Translations under genes and position numbers: made by a program | Notes under the pieces: model-generated | Databases searched by the model: none | The model's input: the letters and a program-made list of their open reading frames with translations, nothing else | What the model was told of the DNA's origin: nothing | Part shown: positions 31,201-37,613 of the stretch, one piece after another | Numbering within the stretch: the first letter of the stretch is position 1 | How the letters are laid out: each line of letters opens with the position of its first letter | From: Naegleria gruberi | Lineage: Eukaryota | NCBI GenBank assembly: GCA_000004985.1 | Contig: GG739158.1 | DNA: 37,613 nucleotides | Reading direction: 5' to 3' (one strand)

Positions 31201-34200
31201 NNNNNNNNNNNNNNNNNNNNNNNNNNNNNNNNNNNNNNNNNNNNNNNNNNNNNNNNNNNNNNNNNNNNNNNNNNNNNNNNNNNNNNNNNNNNNNNNNNNN
31301 NNNNNNNNNNNNNNNNNNNNNNNNNNNNNNNNNNNNNNNNNNNNNNNNNNNNNNNNNNNNNNNNNNNNNNNNNNNNNNNNNNNNNNNNNNNNNNNNNNNN
31401 NNNNNNNNNNNNNNNNNNNNNNNNNNNNNNNNNNNNNNNNNNNNNNNNNNNNNNNNNNNNNNNNNNNNNNNNNNNNNNNNNNNNNNNNNNNNNNNNNNNN
31501 NNNNNNNNNNNNNNNNNNNNNNNNNNNNNNNNNNNNNNNNNNNNNNNNNNNNNNNNNNNNNNNNNNNNNNNNNNNNNNNNNNNNNNNNNNNNNNNNNNNN
31601 NNNNNNNNNNNNNNNNNNNNNNNNNNNNNNNNNNNNNNNNNNNNNNNNNNNNNNNNNNNNNNNNNNNNNNNNNNNNNNNNNNNNNNNNNNNNNNNNNNNN
31701 NNNNNNNNNNNNNNNNNNNNNNNNNNNNNNNNNNNNNNNNNNNNNNNNNNNNNNNNNNNNNNNNNNNNNNNNNNNNNNNNNNNNNNNNNNNNNNNNNNNN
31801 NNNNNNNNNNNNNNNNNNNNNNNNNNNNNNNNNNNNNNNNNNNNNNNNNNNNNNNNNNNNNNNNNNNNNNNNNNNNNNNNNNNNNNNNNNNNNNNNNNNN
31901 NNNNNNNNNNNNNNNNNNNNNNNNNNNNNNNNNNNNNNNNNNNNNNNNNNNNNNNNNNNNNNNNNNNNNNNNNNNNNNNNNNNNNNNNNNNNNNNNNNNN
32001 NNNNNNNNNNNNNNNNNNNNNNNNNNNNNNNNNNNNNNNNNNNNNNNNNNNNNNNNNNNNNNNNNNNNNNNNNNNNNNNNNNNNNNNNNNNNNNNNNNNN
32101 NNNNNNNNNNNNNNNNNNNNNNNNNNNNNNNNNNNNNNNNNNNNNNNNNNNNNNNNNNNNNNNNNNNNNNNNNNNNNNNNNNNNNNNNNNNNNNNNNNNN
32201 NNNNNNNNNNNNNNNNNNNNNNNNNNNNNNNNNNNNNNNNNNNNNNNNNNNNNNNNNNNNNNNNNNNNNNNNNNNNNNNNNNNNNNNNNNNNNNNNNNNN
32301 NNNNNNNNNNNNNNNNNNNNNNNNNNNNNNNNNNNNNNNNNNNNNNNNNNNNNNNNNNNNNNNNNNNNNNNNNNNNNNNNNNNNNNNNNNNNNNNNNNNN
32401 NNNNNNNNNNNNNNNNNNNNNNNNNNNNNNNNNNNNNNNNNNNNNNNNNNNNNNNNNNNNNNNNNNNNNNNNNNNNNNNNNNNNNNNNNNNNNNNNNNNN
32501 NNNNNNNNNNNNNNNNNNNNNNNNNNNNNNNNNNNNNNNNNNNNNNNNNNNNNNNNNNNNNNNNNNNNNNNNNNNNNNNNNNNNNNNNNNNNNNNNNNNN
32601 NNNNNNNNNNNNNNNNNNNNNNNNNNNNNNNNNNNNNNNNNNNNNNNNNNNNNNNNNNNNNNNNNNNNNNNNNNNNNNNNNNNNNNNNNNNNNNNNNNNN
32701 NNNNNNNNNNNNNNNNNNNNNNNNNNNNNNNNNNNNNNNNNNNNNNNNNNNNNNNNNNNNNNNNNNNNNNNNNNNNNNNNNNNNNNNNNNNNNNNNNNNN
32801 NNNNNNNNNNNNNNNNNNNNNNNNNNNNNNNNNNNNNNNNNNNNNNNNNNNNNNNNNNNNNNNNNNNNNNNNNNNNNNNNNNNNNNNNNNNNNNNNNNNN
32901 NNNNNNNNNNNNNNNNNNNNNNNNNNNNNNNNNNNNNNNNNNNNNNNNNNNNNNNNNNNNNNNNNNNNNNNNNNNNNNNNNNNNNNNNNNNNNNNNNNNN
33001 NNNNNNNNNNNNNNNNNNNNNNNNNNNNNNNNNNNNNNNNNNNNNNNNNNNNNNNNNNNNNNNNNNNNNNNNNNNNNNNNNNNNNNNNNNNNNNNNNNNN
33101 NNNNNNNNNNNNNNNNNNNNNNNNNNNNNNNNNNNNNNNNNNNNNNNNNNNNNNNNNNNNNNNNNNNNNNNNNNNNNNNNNNNNNNNNNNNNNNNNNNNN
33201 NNNNNNNNNNNNNNNNNNNNNNNNNNNNNNNNNNNNNNNNNNNNNNNNNNNNNNNNNNNNNNNNNNNNNNNNNNNNNNNNNNNNNNNNNNNNNNNNNNNN
33301 NNNNNNNNNNNNNNNNNNNNNNNNNNNNNNNNNNNNNNNNNNNNNNNNNNNNNNNNNNNNNNNNNNNNNNNNNNNNNNNNNNNNNNNNNNNNNNNNNNNN
33401 NNNNNNNNNNNNNNNNNNNNNNNNNNNNNNNNNNNNNNNNNNNNNNNNNNNNNNNNNNNNNNNNNNNNNNNNNNNNNNNNNNNNNNNNNNNNNNNNNNNN
33501 NNNNNNNNNNNNNNNNNNNNNNNNNNNNNNNNNNNNNNNNNNNNNNNNNNNNNNNNNNNNNNNNNNNNNNNNNNNNNNNNNNNNNNNNNNNNNNNNNNNN
33601 NNNNNNNNNNNNNNNNNNNNNNNNNNNNNNNNNNNNNNNNNNNNNNNNNNNNNNNNNNNNNNNNNNNNNNNNNNNNNNNNNNNNNNNNNNNNNNNNNNNN
33701 NNNNNNNNNNNNNNNNNNNNNNNNNNNNNNNNNNNNNNNNNNNNNNNNNNNNNNNNNNNNNNNNNNNNNNNNNNNNNNNNNNNNNNNNNNNNNNNNNNNN
33801 NNNNNNNNNNNNNNNNNNNNNNNNNNNNNNNNNNNNNNNNNNNNNNNNNNNNNNNNNNNNNNNNNNNNNNNNNNNNNNNNNNNNNNNNNNNNNNNNNNNN
33901 NNNNNNNNNNNNNNNNNNNNNNNNNNNNNNNNNNNNNNNNNNNNNNNNNNNNNNNNNNNNNNNNNNNNNNNNNNNNNNNNNNNNNNNNNNNNNNNNNNNN
34001 NNNNNNNNNNNNNNNNNNNNNNNNNNNNNNNNNNNNNNNNNNNNNNNNNNNNNNNNNNNNNNNNNNNNNNNNNNNNNNNNNNNNNNNNNNNNNNNNNNNN
34101 NNNNNNNNNNNNNNNNNNNNNNNNNNNNNNNNNNNNNNNNNNNNNNNNNNNNNNNNNNNNNNNNNNNNNNNNNNNNNNNNNNNNNNNNNNNNNNNNNNNN

Positions 34201-36082
34201 NNNNNNNNNNNNNNNNNNNNNNNNNNNNNNNNNNNNNNNNNNNNNNNNNNNNNNNNNNNNNNNNNNNNNNNNNNNNNNNNNNNNNNNNNNNNNNNNNNNN
34301 NNNNNNNNNNNNNNNNNNNNNNNNNNNNNNNNNNNNNNNNNNNNNNNNNNNNNNNNNNNNNNNNNNNNNNNNNNNNNNNNNNNNNNNNNNNNNNNNNNNN
34401 NNNNNNNNNNNNNNNNNNNNNNNNNNNNNNNNNNNNNNNNNNNNNNNNNNNNNNNNNNNNNNNNNNNNNNNNNNNNNNNNNNNNNNNNNNNNNNNNNNNN
34501 NNNNNNNNNNNNNNNNNNNNNNNNNNNNNNNNNNNNNNNNNNNNNNNNNNNNNNNNNNNNNNNNNNNNNNNNNNNNNNNNNNNNNNNNNNNNNNNNNNNN
34601 NNNNNNNNNNNNNNNNNNNNNNNNNNNNNNNNNNNNNNNNNNNNNNNNNNNNNNNNNNNNNNNNNNNNNNNNNNNNNNNNNNNNNNNNNNNNNNNNNNNN
34701 NNNNNNNNNNNNNNNNNNNNNNNNNNNNNNNNNNNNNNNNNNNNNNNNNNNNNNNNNNNNNNNNNNNNNNNNNNNNNNNNNNNNNNNNNNNNNNNNNNNN
34801 NNNNNNNNNNNNNNNNNNNNNNNNNNNNNNNNNNNNNNNNNNNNNNNNNNNNNNNNNNNNNNNNNNNNNNNNNNNNNNNNNNNNNNNNNNNNNNNNNNNN
34901 NNNNNNNNNNNNNNNNNNNNNNNNNNNNNNNNNNNNNNNNNNNNNNNNNNNNNNNNNNNNNNNNNNNNNNNNNNNNNNNNNNNNNNNNNNNNNNNNNNNN
35001 NNNNNNNNNNNNNNNNNNNNNNNNNNNNNNNNNNNNNNNNNNNNNNNNNNNNNNNNNNNNNNNNNNNNNNNNNNNNNNNNNNNNNNNNNNNNNNNNNNNN
35101 NNNNNNNNNNNNNNNNNNNNNNNNNNNNNNNNNNNNNNNNNNNNNNNNNNNNNNNNNNNNNNNNNNNNNNNNNNNNNNNNNNNNNNNNNNNNNNNNNNNN
35201 NNNNNNNNNNNNNNNNNNNNNNNNNNNNNNNNNNNNNNNNNNNNNNNNNNNNNNNNNNNNNNNNNNNNNNNNNNNNNNNNNNNNNNNNNNNNNNNNNNNN
35301 NNNNNNNNNNNNNNNNNNNNNNNNNNNNNNNNNNNNNNNNNNNNNNNNNNNNNNNNNNNNNNNNNNNNNNNNNNNNNNNNNNNNNNNNNNNNNNNNNNNN
35401 NNNNNNNNNNNNNNNNNNNNNNNNNNNNNNNNNNNNNNNNNNNNNNNNNNNNNNNNNNNNNNNNNNNNNNNNNNNNNNNNNNNNNNNNNNNNNNNNNNNN
35501 NNNNNNNNNNNNNNNNNNNNNNNNNNNNNNNNNNNNNNNNNNNNNNNNNNNNNNNNNNNNNNNNNNNNNNNNNNNNNNNNNNNNNNNNNNNNNNNNNNNN
35601 NNNNNNNNNNNNNNNNNNNNNNNNNNNNNNNNNNNNNNNNNNNNNNNNNNNNNNNNNNNNNNNNNNNNNNNNNNNNNNNNNNNNNNNNNNNNNNNNNNNN
35701 NNNNNNNNNNNNNNNNNNNNNNNNNNNNNNNNNNNNNNNNNNNNNNNNNNNNNNNNNNNNNNNNNNNNNNNNNNNNNNNNNNNNNNNNNNNNNNNNNNNN
35801 NNNNNNNNNNNNNNNNNNNNNNNNNNNNNNNNNNNNNNNNNNNNNNNNNNNNNNNNNNNNNNNNNNNNNNNNNNNNNNNNNNNNNNNNNNNNNNNNNNNN
35901 NNNNNNNNNNNNNNNNNNNNNNNNNNNNNNNNNNNNNNNNNNNNNNNNNNNNNNNNNNNNNNNNNNNNNNNNNNNNNNNNNNNNNNNNNNNNNNNNNNNN
36001 NNNNNNNNNNNNNNNNNNNNNNNNNNNNNNNNNNNNNNNNNNNNNNNNNNNNNNNNNNNNNNNNNNNNNNNNNNNNNNNNNN
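4211..36082. other. Unresolved/masked sequence (31,872 N), 85% of the window
   Basis: A run of n characters. Gene D enters it from the left on the plus strand, and the Arp gene enters it from the right on the minus strand. Confidence 1.
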
Positions 36083-36894
36083 ATCATAAGGATCTGATCT
36101 GTTGACTGCTCATTGATATTAGCATAGTACAATAGCAAATACTCTTCAATGACGTAAATATTGTTCAACCTTAATGCTGAACCATGTTCAAAACATTTCT
36201 GAATAGCTTTGAAAATGTTCAATTTGTAGAGAGCTTTCACATGTTGTGGTGTACCAGTTGGAACTGTAAAAATGAAGGTATCAACTTTTCTGGTGAATTT
36301 CGTTTGTTTCTTCCTCCATGTAATTGCACTGAGAAGCTTTTCAATGAATTTAAACATTAAAAGGGATACATTCAATGGAAAACTAGTGCCATTCTCATCC
36401 TTTACAATGTAGGTATTGGCTTCCAATACAGTGAAAAGTTTCTTGAGGGAATGGATAGGAATGGAATCAGAGTTTGGGTTCTTATATAGGGAATATTCAT
36501 CAGTTGATGGTGTGTAATATAGAATGGTTCGTGCAAACTCTGAAGCTATCGCTCTTGGAGTAACATTAAATCTGATCGATTCTTCTTTGAATTTTCCATT
36601 TGAATCTTTGGTAAATATCATTCCTTTCGAAAAGGAAGATCCCTGATCGATGACCACAACTGATCCTGTATCGTTGGACATTGAAAAATGTGATTGAATG
36701 TTGCAATCCTTCTCTTCCAATTTTTCAATGGCTAAACCTCCAACCGTTTCAAATAGATCTTCTTTCTCCTCTCGATCCAGTAGTGTAACATCTTTCTCCT
36801 CTTGAGCATCATGTTCGTCACTTTGATCAACGGCTTTTTCTTCTTTATCGTTACGAATTCTCTTTGATCTGGTTGGTAATCCTTGTTGACTCAT
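36083..36894 (-). CDS. Actin-related protein (Arp family; Arp5/Arp8-like, INO80-type features), N-terminal 270 aa including an acidic extension of about 80 aa. Start ATG at 36892-36894.
   Basis: After an acidic N-terminus (DEHDAQEEKDVTLLDREEKEDLFE) comes SVVVIDQGSSFSKGMIF, which matches the actin-fold phosphate-1 motif (actin LVCDNGSGLVKAGFA, with the Lys at the same offset). Further on, IFTVPTGTPQHVKALYKLNIFKAIQ matches the actin [22 protein letters not shown] region (Arp8 has QHVKEL), and IYVIEEYLLLYYANI matches MYVAIQAVLSLYASG. It is a continuous frame with no stops, in the context aaacaaATGAG. Confidence 0.7.
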
Positions 36895-36896
36895 TT

Positions 36897-36989
36897 GTTT
36901 TGTGTTTGTGTTTTAGCAAGACTGAGCAGATTTGGCCTTTAAATTTATTTTTAAAATTGAAAAAACAAAAATTCTGGTTTTGTGTTTGT
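36897..36989. repeat. Direct repeat of the 13-mer GTTTTGTGTTTGT (36897-36909 and 36977-36989). The second copy is part of a perfect hairpin, TTGTGTTT-gttg-AAACACAA (36980-36999).
   Basis: Read directly from the sequence. On the Arp gene's strand these are CA-rich elements (ACAAACACAAAAC). GT/CA-rich boxes are known developmental promoter elements (G-box binding factor sites) in Dictyostelium. Confidence 0.7.
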
Positions 36990-37187
36990 TGAAACACAAT
37001 TTCAAGATTGCTTGATCAGATGCAAACGTATATGATTCACAAATAAATTGAATTGTATCATTGGTTGCAAAAGGAGCCATGTTGTTTGTTCTTAAGTCAT
37101 CTTTCAGTAAGTAATGAAGAAGGACTTTTGAATTAAACTAATCACTACTAGTAGGTCATCTTCGGATTTTATTGGAATTTTATGTAA

Positions 37188-37200
37188 GGCGTGCCGGAGC
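37188..37200. promoter_or_regulatory. GC-rich 13-mer GGCGTGCCGGAGC in an otherwise AT-rich promoter, about 22-34 nt upstream of the ATG at 37222
   Basis: A local composition outlier seen directly in the sequence. Function unknown; it is a possible transcription-factor site or transcription-start-proximal element. Confidence 0.3.
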
Positions 37201-37221
37201 TTTGAAACTCCAATTTAAAAA

Positions 37222-37613
37222 ATGGCATTAAATCTGCTGCCCATGAAAAATATTCGATCACCATGTTTTTTGCTGGTGATTACATTGCTCATCTCCTATG
37301 CATTGATTCTTTCTATTGGTCTTGTTGAAGGAAGAGAAGAACCATCTAATATTGATTTGGATCCAAAGGATAGACACAAGACAACATTTTGTACTTGTCA
37401 GTGTTGCTCCGATACCATGTGTAGTAATATTCCTAATGCTACCTTTGCTGTGGCCTCTTGTTTTGAATGTACCAAGTATGTGTGTGATGCTTTGGATTAT
37501 CCTTGTAAGACAACACTGTACCGAGCACAATGTATTCAAAAGAATGATGTCGTCTCACAGATCATTATCATTATTGTGTTTATTTGGATTTTTTCCCTGA
37601 TTGTTGCTTCCAT
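37222..37613 (+). CDS. Small cysteine-rich type I membrane/secreted protein (partial, runs off the window end): signal peptide, a 10-Cys module of about 50 aa, then a transmembrane segment
   Basis: The ATG at 37222 sits in a tttaaaaaATGGC context with an in-frame TAA at 37216-37218 just upstream; a second in-frame ATG is at 37243. The translation is MALNLLPMKNIRSPCFLLVITLLISYALILSIGLVEG | REEPSNIDLDPKDRHKTTFCTCQCCSDTMCSNIPNATFAVASCFECTKYVCDALDYPCKTTLYRAQCIQKNDVVSQ | IIIIIVFIWIFSLIVAS... There are no stops through 37613. This frame differs from both track ORFs (37316..37600 + and 37258..37539 -), which lack such features. Confidence 0.6.
   Translation, partial: MALNLLPMKNIRSPCFLLVITLLISYALILSIGLVEGREEPSNIDLDPKDRHKTTFCTCQCCSDTMCSNIPNATFAVASCFECTKYVCDALDYPCKTTLYRAQCIQKNDVVSQIIIIIVFIWIFSLIVAS

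Larger units (their letters stand above)
36895..37221. promoter_or_regulatory. Bidirectional promoter/5' region (327 bp) between the Arp gene (-) and the Cys-rich gene (+)
   Basis: Divergent ATGs at 36894 (-) and 37222 (+). The region contains GT-rich direct repeats, a perfect 8-bp-stem hairpin and a GC-rich 13-mer (listed separately). Confidence 0.6.

Noticed and set aside
3139-36105. 10,988-aa '+' ORF and the 10,897-aa '-' ORF (4201..36894) in the six-frame track
   Set aside because: Both are artefacts. The frames stay open only because N is translated as X across the 31.9-kb N-run. The real coding parts are 3179..4210 (+) and 36083..36894 (-), which are two different, convergent genes.
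37079-37112. Mini-ORF ATGTTGTTTGTTCTTAAGTCATCTTTCA followed by a canonical GTAAGT, as a possible spliced first exon of the Cys-rich gene
   Set aside because: Phase bookkeeping shows no AG acceptor that would join it in-frame upstream of the in-frame TAA at 37216-37218. The unspliced model already has an ideal signal peptide, so this is probably a chance GTAAGT.
37140-37215. GC-rich patch considered as a tRNA gene
   Set aside because: No acceptor-stem/T-loop (GTTCGAATC-like) structure or 72-nt cloverleaf can be drawn. It is kept only as a possible promoter motif.
37258-37600. Track ORFs 37316..37600 (+) and 37258..37539 (-)
   Set aside because: The third plus-strand frame, from the ATG at 37222, gives a signal peptide, a patterned Cys-rich domain and a TM helix with no stop to the window end. 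The track ORFs are off-frame or antisense shadows of it and lack any protein-like features.
1-37613. Prokaryotic features (CRISPR arrays, RBS-led operons, rRNA genes, IS elements)
   Set aside because: None are present in the readable 4.6 kb. Gene structure, codon usage and signal-peptide or low-complexity proteins are eukaryotic.

Overview
Only about 4.6 kb of this 37,613-nt window (12%) is readable: 1..1083, 2195..4210 and 36083..37613. The rest is two N-runs, 1084..2194 (1,111 nt) and 4211..36082 (31,872 nt), and nothing can be said about their content. The readable flanks are AT-rich eukaryotic nuclear DNA read with the standard genetic code. ATG starts sit in A-rich contexts, and Asn/Ser low-complexity tracts and a PhoPQ-related (AprA-like) family member point to an amoebozoan, most likely a dictyostelid. 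The intergenic GC content is higher than in D. discoideum, so it is probably a different species; this is an inference at moderate confidence. No prokaryotic features (CRISPR, operons, rRNA or tRNA genes) are visible. Six tightly packed protein-coding genes or gene fragments are supported. (A) A C-terminal exon of a small multi-pass membrane protein (+, ..359). (B) A DUF924-family protein (-, 368..1081+). (C) A signal-peptide-bearing PhoPQ-activated pathogenicity-related (AprA-like) family protein (-, about 2340..3147), with its 3' half lost in the first gap. (D) A 344-aa open frame (+, 3179..4210+) with a coiled-coil N-terminus and Asn/Ser-rich hexapeptide repeats that reads into the 31.9-kb gap. 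(E) An actin-related protein with an acidic N-terminal extension (-, 36894..36083+) that reads into the gap from the other side. (F) A cysteine-rich single-pass membrane protein (+, 37222..37613+). The most interesting visible items are these: the head-to-head C/D pair has start codons only about 31-58 bp apart; the convergent A/B pair has stop codons 5 bp apart; gene D looks like an orphan or mobile-element-like gene and has clearly AT3-richer codon usage than its neighbours; the E/F bidirectional promoter carries a GT-rich direct repeat, a hairpin and a GC-rich motif; and the Cys-rich gene may represent an undescribed small family. Any system the window holds is most likely inside the 31.9-kb N block and cannot be assessed from this input. 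The ORF-track proteins that consist of runs of 'X' are artefacts of translating N, and the track also uses bacterial TTG starts, which I replaced with in-frame ATGs.
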